DNA of 64,000 nt from Ranitomeya imitator. Lineage: Eukaryota. Below are positions 25,190-36,691 of this stretch, piece by piece. Below the pieces are notes generated by a model that worked only from the letters and a program-made list of their open reading frames with translations, was not told the origin of the DNA and ran no database searches. The stretch spans positions 708,474,001 to 708,538,000 of the forward strand of contig NC_091286.1 of the NCBI RefSeq assembly GCF_032444005.1, read 5' to 3'. Positions within the stretch are counted from its first letter, which is position 1. Every line of letters starts with the position of its first letter. Position numbers and translations under genes: made by a program.

Positions 25190-27790
25190 GGGCTCGGAAC
25201 AGAGAGGAGCAGAGAGAGAACAAGGGCTCGGGACAGAGAAGCAGAGAGAACAAGGGCTCGGGACAGAGAGAAGCAGAGAGAACAAGGCTCGGGACAGAGG
25301 AGCAGAGAGAACAAGGGCGCGGGACAGAGAGAAGCAGAGAGAACAAGGGCTCGGGACTGAGAGGAGCAGAGAGAACAAGGGCCCGGGACAGAGAGAAGCA
25401 GAGAGAACAAGGGCTCGGGACAGAGAGAAGCAGAGAGAACAAGGGCTCGGGACAGAGAGGAGCAGAGAGAATAAGGGCCCGGGACAGAGAGGAGCAGAGA
25501 GAACAAGGGCCCGGGACGGAGAAGCAGAGAGAACAAGGGCTCGGGACAGAGAGGAGAAGAGAGAACAAGGGCTCGGGACAGAGAGGAGCAGAGAGAACAA
25601 GGGCCCGGGACAGAGAGAAGCAGAGAGAACAAGGCTCGGGACAGAGAGGAGCAGAGAGAACAAGGGCTCGGGACAGAGAAGCAGAGAGAACAAGGGCTCG
25701 GGACAGAGAAGCAGAGAGAACAAGGGCTCGGGACAGAGAAGCAGAGAGAACAAGGGCTCGGGACAGAGAGGAGCAGAGAGAACAAGGGCTCGGGACAGAG
25801 AGGAGAGGAGAGAACAAGGGCTCGGGACAGAGAGGAGAGGAGAGAACAAGGGCTCAGGACAGAGAGAAGCAGAGAGAACAAGGGCCCGAGACGGAGAAGC
25901 AGAGAGAACAAGGGCTCGGGACAGAGAGGAGAAGAGAGAACAAGGGCTCGGGACAGAGAGGAGAAGAGAGAACAAGGGCTCGGGACAGAGAGAAGCAGAG
26001 AGAACAAGAACTCGGGACAGAGAGGAGCAGAGAGAACAAGGGTTCGGGAAAGAGGAGCAGAGAGAACAAGGGCTCGGGAAAGAGAGGAGCAGAGAGAGAA
26101 CAAGGGATCGGGACAGAGAGAAGCAGAGAGATCAAGGGCTCGGGACAGAGAGAAGCAGAGAGAACAAGGGCTCGGAACAGAGAGGAGCAGAGAGAGAATA
26201 AGGGCTCGGGACAGAGAGGAGCAGAGAGAACAAGGGCCCGGGACAGAGAGGAGCAGACAGAACAAGGGCACGGGACAAAGAGGAGCAGAGAGAACAAAAG
26301 CCCGGGACAGAGAGGAGCAGACAGAACAAGGGCTCGGAACAGAGAGGAGCAGAGAGAAAACAAGGGCTCGGACCAGAAAAAAGCAGAGAGAACAAGGGCC
26401 CGGGGCAGAGAGGAGCAGAGAGAGAACAAGGGCCCGGGACAGAGAGGAGCAGAGAGAGAACAAGGGCTCGGCCCAGAGAGAAGCAGAGAGAACAAAGGCT
26501 CGGGACAGAGAGGAGCAGAGAGAACGAGGGCTCGGACCAGAGAGAAGCAGAGAGAACAAGGGCTCGGGACAGAGGAGCAGAGAGAGAACAAGGGCTCGGG
26601 ACAGAGAGGAGCAGAGAGAGAACAAGGGCTCGGGACAGAGAGAACAAGGGCTCGGGACAGAGAGAACAAGGGCTCGGGACAGAGAGAACAAGGGCTTGGG
26701 ACAGAGAGAACAAGGGCTCGGGACAGAGGAGCAGAGAGAGAACAAGGGCTCGGGACAGAGGAGCAGAGAGAGAACAAGGGCTCGGGACAGAGGAGCAGAG
26801 AGAACAAGGGCTCGGGACAGAGAGGAGCAGAGAGAGAACAAGGGCTCGGGACAGAGAGGAGCAGAGAGAACAAGGGCTCGGGACAGAGGAGCAGAGAGAG
26901 AACAAGGGCTCGGGACAGAGGAGCAGAGAGAAAACAAGGGCTCGGGACAGAGGAGCAGAGAGAAAACAAGGGCTCGGGACAGAGAGGAGCAGAAAGAACA
27001 AGGGCTCGGGACAGAGAGGAGCAGAGAGAGAACAAGGGCTCGGGATAGAGGAGCAGAGAGAACAAAGGCTCAGGACAGAGGAGCAGAGAGAGAACAAGGG
27101 CTCAGGACAGAGAGGAGCAGAGAGAACAAGGGCTTGGGACAGAGAGGAGCAGAGAGAGAACAAGGGCTCGGGACAGAGGAGCAGAGATAACAAGGGCTCG
27201 GGACAGAGAGGAGCAGACCGAGAACAAGGGCTCGGGACAGAGGAGCAGAGAGATAACAAGGGCTCGGGACAGAGAGGAGCAGAGAGAGAACAAGGGCTCG
27301 GGACAGAGAGGAGCAGAACGAACAAGGGCTCGGGACAGAGAGGAGCACAGAGAACAAGGGCTCGGGACAGAGAGAAGCACAGAGAACAAGGGCTCGGGAC
27401 AGAGAGGAGCAGAGAGAGAACAAGGGCTCGGGAATGAGAGAAGCAGAGAGAACAAGGGCTCGGGACAGAGAGGAACAGAGCGAAAACAAGGGCTCGGGAC
27501 AGAGGAGCAGAGCGAGAACAAGGGCTCGGGACAGAGAGGAGCAGAAAGAACAAGGGCTCGGGACAGAGAGGAGCAGAGCGAGAATAAGGGCTCGGGACAG
27601 AGGAGCAGAGCGAGAACAAGGGCTCGGGACAGAGGAGCAGAGCGAGAACAAGGGCTCGGGACAGAGAGAAGCAGAGAGAACAAGTGCTCGGGACAGAGAG
27701 GAGCAGAGAGAACGAGGGCTCGGGACAGAGAGGAGCAGAGAGAACGAGGGCTCGGGACAGAGCGAGAACAAGGGCTTGGGACAGAGAAGA
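25190..27790. repeat. ~32-36-bp purine-rich minisatellite (gagaacaagggctcgggacagagaggagcaga)n
   Basis: Directly visible tandem units with purine-rich flanks at 24900-25190 and 27790-28000. Confidence 0.97.
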
Positions 27791-28068
27791 GCAGAAAGAG
27801 AGAATGAGGGCTTGGACAAAGAAGTCTGTGAGAAAGAGGAGAGTGATGTGAGAAAGAGGAGAGTGAAGATGACAGATTGGATGAAAAAGGGTAGAGAAGA
27901 CAAGGGTCTAAAACAAAAAGGCAAGAGGATGGGGCCTCAGAAGTGGGGTATAGAAGACATGGGTGTGAAATGAAGAAGAGGAGAAAGAGATGATGTGTGG
28001 GACAATGAAGCCAAGGACCACGGTCTAAACAGGGAGGTGTGGAGCTGATGGACCTCTAAGCCACATAC

Positions 28069-28357
28069 CATTAGTGTCCAAAACGATGTCCTGAGAAAGC
28101 GGGAGAGAGGAGAGCGGCTTCTTCTGGGGGTTGTCACTGGGGAGAGCTGCAGCGTTTACAGGGGAATGGTATACACCAAGACTCTTCTTGCCAGAAGGTA
28201 TGAGGGGAGCAACAGACTCCTGCATAGTGACCCCGGTGGTAGGAGCGCTGACACCTAGGGGCAAGACAGCGGGGGAGGGTAGATTCTCGTCTTCTCGGCT
28301 TATTATCATGACCTCTGCACAGAGTGTATCACAGTCCTCAAGTTCTGATCCGGCCAT
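28069..28357 (-). CDS. gtf3c2: gtf3c2 coding exon 1 (MAGSELEDCD...SQDIVLDTN); exon probably starts at the acceptor at 28408
   Basis: ATG at 28357, acceptor ctctctcttgctgcag| at 28408, donor G|GTATGT at 28068. The 289 nt give phase 1, matching the next exon. No direct homology recognised; assigned by frame continuity with the downstream exons. Confidence 0.7.
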
Positions 28358-28524
28358 TAACAGCAAAGACTATCAGATCACCGCCATCTTATCTTTCAAC
28401 GCCATCACCTGCAGCAAGAGAGAGCGCCAACTATCACATCACGAGCCATAATACACGAGAGCGTCACGAGCGCGCCAACTATGACATCACGAGCCATAAT
28501 ACACGAGAGCTCCAACTATGACAT

Positions 28525-28980
28525 CAAGCGCATGTATATATGCACACAGGTATATACTATATACAGGAGGAGATGGCATACAGGTATATACTATATTCAG
28601 GAGAGATGACACAGGTATATACTATATACAGGGGAGATGACACAGGTATATATTATATACAGGGGAGATGACACACATATATACTATATACAGGAGGAGA
28701 TGGCACAGGTATATATTATATACAGGGGAGATGACACACATATATACTATATACAGGANNNNNNNNNNNNNNNNNNNNNNNNNNNNNNNNNNNNNNNNNN
28801 NNNNNNNNNNNNNNNNNNNNNNNNNNNNNNNNNNNNNNNNNNNNNNNNNNNNNNNNNNNNNNNNNNNNNNNNNNNNNNNNNNNNNNATCCTGTGTAATAT
28901 AGGAGAGGCCTCCATTCTGTGTAATGCTGGAGAGGTCTTCCATCCTGTGTAATATAGGAGACGCCTCCATCCTGTGTAAT
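28525..28980. repeat. ~31-bp minisatellite on the left of the gap and a different short repeat on the right
   Basis: tatactatatacaggggagatgacacagg units; tcctgtgtaatataggaga units after the gap. Confidence 0.85.
28759..28886. other. Assembly gap (128 N)
   Basis: Run of N. Confidence 1.
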
Positions 28981-29122
28981 AATCTAGTTGCCCACTTTTG
29001 AACTGAGCCCAAAATTGGATCCCATGCTCTAGATGTGGCCTCACCAATGATTTGCAAAGAGGTAACAATACGTTGGGATCATGGGATTTTCTCTCTCTTT
29101 ATTCACCCTAAAAATAGAATTC

Positions 29123-29790
29123 GGCCTCTTTCACACTTCCGTCTTTCAGCTCCCGTCACAATCCGTCGTTTTTTGAGAATGCAGGATCCTGCATTTTCCC
29201 ATAGACTTGTATTAGTGATGGATTGTGACGGATGGCCGGCCTTTCATCCATCTTTCACTGGATCCTGCATAAAAAAAACGGTCCGTCGGGCAGAGAAAAC
29301 GTTCAGAGGAATGTCGGAAAATCCGTCAGCGACGCATCCTGCGCTGCCCGTCACTGGCTACAATGGAAGCCTATGGGCGCAAGATGCATCGCTGACAGTG
29401 AAAAGCAGGAATCCAGGGAAATTCTCGCTCGCTCTCTTTCTCTTTTTACTATTGATGCTGCCTATGCAGCATCAATAGTGACAAGATATAATGTTCAAAA
29501 TAATAAAAAAATTTAAAAAAAAAAAAAAAATCGCAATATTCTCACCTTCCGGCGATCCCGTGCAGTGTCACCGATGCTCCGGTAGCTACCATTCCTAGTA
29601 ATACATTGCGAGACCGCGACTTCTCGCGAGATTTCACAATGTATTACTAGGAATGCTAGCTGCCAGAAGCATCGCCGCGCGGGAACGCCGGTAACTGAGA
29701 ATACCGCTGCGAAGACGCATACACAACAAGTCAGAAAGCCGGGCCCAGTGCACACGTTTTCCACAATCTGCACAGGATACAGAAAGGAGC
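29123..29790. mobile_element. Truncated Harbinger-type MITE / repeat mosaic
   Basis: Starts ggcctctttcacactt (same TIR as 14321); contains the palindrome actattgatgctgcctatgcagcatcaatagt; no closing TIR seen. Confidence 0.6.
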
Positions 29791-30565
29791 TGTGGATATA
29801 TAGTATATAATATACAGAGCGTGTGACTACATAGAGGAGCTGTGGATACATAGTATATACAGGGCATGTGACTACAGAGGAGCTGTGGATATATAGTATA
29901 TACAGAGTGTGTGACTACAGAGAGGAGCTGTGGATATATAGTATATACAGAGTGTGTGACTACAGAGAGGAGCTGTGGATATATAGTATATACAGAGAGT
30001 GACTACAGAGGGGAGCTGTGGATATATAGTATATACAGAGTGTGTGACTACATAGAGGAGCTGTGGATATATAGTATATACAGAGAGTGACTACAGAGAG
30101 GAGCTGTGGATATATAGTATATACAGAGCGTGTGACTACATAGAGGAGCTGTGGATATATAGTATATACAGAGAGTGACTACAGAGAGGAGCTGTGGATA
30201 TATAGTATATACAGAGAGTGACTACAGAGGGGAGCTGTGGATATATAGTATATACAGAGTGTGTGACTACATAGAGGAGCTGTGGATATATAGTATATAC
30301 AGAGAGTGACTACAGAGAGGAGCTGTGGATATATAGTATATACAGAGCGTGTGACTACATAGAGGAGCTGTGGATATATAGTATATACAGAGCGTGTGAC
30401 TACATAGAGGAGCTGTGGATATATAGTATATACAGAGTGTGTGACTACATAGAGGAGCTGTGGATATATAGTATATACAAAGCGTGTGACTACAGAGAGG
30501 AGCTGTGGAAATATATTGTATAGACAGAGCGTGTAACTACATAGAGGAGCTGTGGATATATAGTA

Positions 30566-32126
30566 CAGGTCCTTCTCAAAAAATTAGCATATAGTGTTAA
30601 ATTTCATTATTTACCATAATGTAATGATTACAATTAAACTTTCATATATTATAGATTCATTATCCACCAACTGAAATTTGTCAGGTCTTTTATTGTTTAA
30701 ATACTGATGATTTTGGCATACAACTCCTGATAACCCAAAAAACCTGTCTCAAAAAATTAGCATATTTCACCCATCCAATCAAATAAAAGTGTTTTTTAAT
30801 AACAAACAAAAAAACCATCAAATAATAATGTTCAGTTATGCACTCAATACTTGGTCGGGAATCCTTTGGCAGAAATGACTGCTTCAATGCGGCGTGGCAT
30901 GGAGGCAATCAGCCTGTGACACTGCTGAGATGTTATGGAGGCCCAGGATGCTTCAATAGCGGCCTTAAGCTCATCCAGAGTGTTGGGTCTTGCGTCTCTC
31001 AACTTTCTCTTCACAATATCCCACAGATTCTCTATGGGGTTCAGGTCAGGAGAGTTGGCAGGCCAATTGAGCACAGTAATACCATGGTCAGTAAACCATT
31101 TACCAGTGGTTTTGGCACTGTGAGCAGCCGATGGAAGCATGAAGTGCTCCAAAATCTCCTGATAGCTAGCTGCATTGACCCTGCCCTTGATGAAACACAG
31201 TGGACCAACACCAGCAGCTGACAAGGCACCCCACACCATCACTGACTGTGGGTACTTGACACTGGACTTCAGGCATTTTGGCATTTCCTTCTCCCCAGTC
31301 TTCCTCCAGACTCTGGCACCTTGATTTCCGAATGACATGCAAAATTTGCTTTCATCAGAAAAAAGTGCTTGGGACCACTTAGCAACAGTCCAGTGCTGCT
31401 TCTCTGTAGCCCAGGTCAGGCGCCTCTGCCGCTGTTTATGGTTCAAAAGTGGCTTTACCTGGGGAATGCGGCACCTGTAGCCCATTTCCTGCACACGCCT
31501 GTGCACGGTGGCTCTGGATGTTTCCACACCAGACTCAGTCCACTGCTTCCTCAGGTTCCCCAAGGTCTGGAATCGGTCCTTCTCCACAATCTTCCTCAGG
31601 GTCCGGTCTCCTCTTCTCGTTGTACAGCGTTTTCTGCCACATTGTTTCCTTCCAACAGACTTACCATTGAGGTGCCTTGATACAGCACTCTGGGAACAGC
31701 CTATTTGTTGAGAAATTTCTTTCTGGGTCTTACCCTCTTGCTTGAGGGTGTCAATGATGGCCTTCTTGACATCTGTCAGGTCGCTAGTCTTACTCATGAT
31801 GGGGGTTTTGAGTAATGAACCAGGCAGGGAGTTTATAAAAGCCTCAGGTATCGTTTGCATGTGTTTAGAGTTAATTAGTTGATTCAGAAGATTAGGGTAA
31901 TAGGTCGTTTAGAGAACCTTTTCTTGATATGCTAATTTTTTGAGACAGGTTTTTTGGGTTATCAGGAGTTGTATGCCAAAATCATCAGTATTTAAACAAT
32001 AAAAGACCTGACAAATTTCAGTTGGTGGATAATGAATCTATAATATATGAAAGTTTAATTGTAATCATTACATTATGGTAAATAATGAAATTTAACACTA
32101 TATGCTAATTTTTTGAGAAGGACCTG
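30566..32126 (-). mobile_element. Tc1 element with ~200-bp IR/DR-type TIRs; transposase ORF open but missing the second catalytic Asp
   Basis: TA TSDs at 30564-65 and 32127-28; ctcaaaaaattagcatat at both ends of each TIR; FSDESKF and [11 protein letters not shown] present, QQDxAP segment absent. Confidence 0.95.
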
Positions 32127-33682
32127 TATATACGGAGCGTGTGACTACATAGAGGAGCTGTGGATATATAGTATATACAGAGCGTGTGACTACATAGAGG
32201 AGCTGTGGATATATAGTATATACAGAGCGTGTGACTACAGAGAGGAGCTGTGGATATATAGTATATACAGAGCGTATGACTACAGAGAGGAGCTGTGGAT
32301 ATATAGTATATACAAAGCGTGTGACTACAGAGAGGAGCTGTGGATATATAGTATATACAGAGTGTGTGACTACAGAGAGGAGCGGTGGATATATAGTATA
32401 TACAGAGTGTGTGACTACAGAGAGGAGCGGTGGATATATAGTATATACAGAGTGTGTGACTACAGAGAGGAGCTGTGGGTACATAGTATATACAGAGCGT
32501 GTGACTACAGAGAGGAGCTGTGGATATATAGTATATACAGAGCGGGTGACTACAGAGGAGCTGTGGATATATAGTATATACAAAGCGTGTGACTACAGAG
32601 AGGAGCTGTGGATATATAGTATATACAGAGTGTGTGACTACAGAGAGGAGCTGTGGATATATAGTACATACAGAGTGTGTGACTACAGAGGAGCTGTGGA
32701 TATATAGTATATACAGAGCATGTGACTACAGAGAGGAGCGGTGGATATATAGTATATACAGAGTGTGTGACTACAGAGAGGAGCTGTGGGTATATAGTAT
32801 ATACAGAGCGTGTGACTACAGAGAGGAGCTGTGGATATATAGTATATACAGAGCGGGTGACTACAGAGGAGCTGTGGATATATAGTATATACAAAGCGTG
32901 TGACTACAGAGAGGAGCTGTGGATATATAGTATATACAGAGTGTGTGACTACAGAGAGGAGCTGTGGATATATAGTACATACAGAGTGTGTGACTACAGA
33001 GGAGCTGTGGATATATAGTATATACAGAGCATGTGACTACAGAGAGGAGCGGTGGATATATAGTATATACAGAGCATGTGACTACAGAGAGGAGCGGTGG
33101 ATATATAGTATATACAGAGTGTGTGACTACAGAGAGGAGCTGTGGGTATATAGTATATACAGAGCGTGTGACTACAGAGAGGAGCTGTGGATATATAGTA
33201 TATACAGAGCGGGTGACTACAGAGGAGCTGTGGATATATAGTATATACAGAGCGTGTGACTACAGAGAGGAGCGGTGGATATATAGTATATACAGAGTGT
33301 GTGACTACAGAGAGGAGCTGTGGGTATATAGTATATACAGAGCGTGTGACTACAGAGAGGAGCTGTGGATATATAGTATATACAGAGCGGGTGACTACAG
33401 AGGAGCTGTGGATATATAGTATATACAGAGCATGTGACTACAGAGAGGAGCGGTGGATATATAGTATATACAGAGTGTGTGACTACAGAGAGGAGCTGTG
33501 GGTATATAGTATATACAGAGCGTGTGACTACAGAGAGGAGCTGTGGATATATAGTATATACAGAGCGGGTGACTACAGAGGAGCTGTGGATATATAGTAT
33601 ATACAAAGCGTGTGACTACAGAGAGGAGCTGTGGATATATAGTATATACAGAGTGTGTGACTACAGAGAGGAGCTGTGGATA

Positions 33683-34867
33683 TCTATATATATAATTGTC
33701 TAAGGGTCATTTCCGTCTGTCTGTCCTGTCACGGTTATTCGTTCGCTGATTGGTCTCAGCAGCTGCCTGTCATGGCTGCCGCGACGAATCAGCGACGGGC
33801 ACAGTCCGATTAGTCCCTCCCCTACACTCACTGCCCGGCGCCCGCTCCGTAATCCCCTCCACTCACCGCTCACAAAGGGTTAATGGCAGCGGTAACGGCC
33901 CACGGTGTAAGGCACTCCGTTATCGCTGCTATTAACCCTGTGTGTCCCCAACTATTTACTATTGATGCTGCCTATGCAGCATCAATAGTAAAAATAGGTC
34001 ATGTTAAAAATAATAAAAAAAAACAAAAAACCTGCTATACTTACCCTCCGCCGCCTTTGCCGCTCCTCTCCATGCTCCCGGGACCGCTCCATTGCAAGCG
34101 GCAGCTTCCGGTCCCAGGGCTGGTATGCGACAAGGACCTGCCGTGACGTCACGGTCATGTGACCGCAATGTCATCATAGGTCCTGCTCACACCAGCCCTG
34201 GGACCGGAAGCTGCCGCTTGCAATGGAGCGGTCCCGGGAGCGTGGAGAGGAGCGGCAAAGGCGGCGGAGGGTAAGTATAGCAGGACTTCAACGGGCCTTC
34301 GGAAGGTGAGTTTATGTTTATTTATTTTCTTAAGTCTCTATACTACGTGGCTCTGTGCTGGGCAATATACTACGTGACTGGGCAATATACTACGTGACTG
34401 GGCAATATACTACGTCGCTGGGCAATATACTACGTGACTGGGCAATATACTACGTCGCTGGGCAATATACTACATGGCTGGGCAAAATACTACGTGGCTG
34501 GACAATATACTACGTGACTGGGCAATATACTACGTGGCTATGCAATATACTACGTGGCTGGGCAATATACTACGTGGCTGGGCAATATACTACGTGACTG
34601 GGCAATATACTACGTCGCTGGGCAACATACTACGTCACTGGGCAATATACTACGTGACTGGACAATATACTACGTGACTGGGCAATATACTACGTGACTG
34701 GGCAATATACTACGTGACTGGGCAATATACTACGTCGCTGGGCAATATACTACGTGACTGGGCAATATACTACGTCGCTGGGCAATATACTACGTGGCTG
34801 GGCAATATACTACGTGGACATGCATATTCTAGAATACCCGATGCGTTAGAATCGGGCCACCATCTAG
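33683..34867 (+). mobile_element. Non-autonomous Helitron
   Basis: 5' TC, 3' CTAG preceded by the hairpin cccgat-gcgttaga-atcggg. Inserted between A and T without a TSD; removing it restores the satellite unit exactly. Confidence 0.9.
34358..34815. repeat. 20-bp minisatellite (gggcaatatactacgtgact)n inside the Helitron
   Basis: About 22 visible units. Confidence 0.95.
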
Positions 34868-36691
34868 TATAGTATATACAGAGTGTGTGACTACAGGGAG
34901 GAGCTGTGGATATATAGTATATACAGAGCATGTGACTACAGAGAGGAGCTGTGGATATATAGTATATACAGAGTGTGACTACAGAGAGGAGCTGTGGATA
35001 TATAGTATATACAGAGTGTGTGACTACAGAGAGGAGCTGTGGATATATAGTATACACAGAGCATGTGACTACAGAGGAGCTGTGGATATATAGTATATAC
35101 AGAGTGTGACTACAGAGAGGAGCTGTGGATATATAGTATATACAGATCATGTGACTATAGAGAGGAGCTGTGGAAATATATTATATACAGAGTGTGTGAC
35201 TACAGAGAGGAGCTGTGGATATATAGTATATACAGAGTGTGACTACAGGGAGGAGCTGTGGATATATAGTATACACAGAGCATGTGACTACAGAGGAGCT
35301 GTGGATATATAGTATATACAGAGTGTGACTACAGAGAGGAGCTGTGGATATATAGTATATACAGATCATGTGACTATAGAGAGGAGCTGTGGAAATATAT
35401 TATATACAGAGTGTGTGACTACAGAGAGGAGCTGTGGATATATAGTATATACAGAGTGTGACTACAGGGAGGAGCTGTGGATATATAGTATACACAGAGC
35501 ATGTGACTACAGAGGAGCTGTGGATATATAGTATATACAGAGTGTGACTACAGAGAGGCGCTGTGGATATATAGTATATACAGATCATGTGACTATAGAG
35601 AGGAGCTGTGGAAATATATTATATACAGAGTGTGTGACTACATAGAGGAGCTGTGGATATATAGTATATACAGAACGTGTGACTACAGAGAAGAGCTGTG
35701 GATATATAGTGTATATATAGAGCGTGTGCCTACAGGGAAGAGCTGTGGATATATAGTATATACAGATCGTGTGACTACAGAGGAGCTGTGGATATATAGT
35801 ATATACAGAGCGTGTGACTACAGAGGAGCTGTGGATAAATAGTATATACAGACCATGTGACTACAAAAAAGAGCTGTGGATATATAGTATACTATACATA
35901 GAGAGTGACTACAGAGAGGAGCTGTGGATATATAGTATATACAAAGTGTGACTACAGAGGAGCTGTGGATATATAGTATATACAGAGTGTGTGACTACAG
36001 AGAGGAGCTGTGGATATATAGTATATACAGAGCGTGTGACTACATAGGGGAGCTGTGGATATATAGTGTATATATAGAGCGTGTGCCTACAGGGAAGAGC
36101 TGTGGATATATAGTATATACAGATCGTGTGACTACAGAGGAGCTGTGGATATATAGTATATACAGAGCGTGTGACTACAGAGGAGCTGTGGATAAATAGT
36201 ATATACAGACCATGTGACTACAAAAAAGAGCTGTGGATATATAGTATACTATACATAGAGAGTGACTACAGAGAGGAGCTGTGGATATATAGTATATACA
36301 AAGTGTGACTACAGAGGAGCTGTGGAAATATAGTATATACAGAGTGTGTGACTACAGAGAGGAGCTGAGGATATATAGTATATACAGAGTGTATGACTAC
36401 ACAGGAGCAGTGGACATATAGTATATACAGACCGTGTGACTATAGGGAGGAGCTGTGGACACATAGTATATACAGAGCATGTGACTACAGAGGGGAGCTG
36501 TGGCTATATAGTATATACAGAGCATGTGACTATAGGGAGGAGCTGTGGACACATAGTATATACAGAGCGTGTGACTACAGAGTGGAGCTGTGCATATATA
36601 GCATATAGAGAGTGTGGGACTACAGAGGAGCTGTAGACACATAGTATATAAACAGCATGTGACTAGAGGGGAGTTGTGCATATACATATAG

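Larger units (their letters stand above)
29790..36690. repeat. ~44-46-bp satellite (gagctgtggatatatagtatatacagagcgtgtgactacagagag)n with nested TEs
   Basis: Directly visible units, interrupted by a Tc1 and a Helitron. Confidence 0.97.

Noticed and set aside
24469-27973. 822-aa, 620-aa and 495-aa ORFs (SLSRALVL / EQREQG repeats)
   Set aside because: Minisatellite artefacts; only 24477-24884 has splice sites and complex sequence.
29790-36690. Regular repeats resembling a CRISPR array
   Set aside because: Head-to-tail units without unique spacers, no cas genes, vertebrate context.
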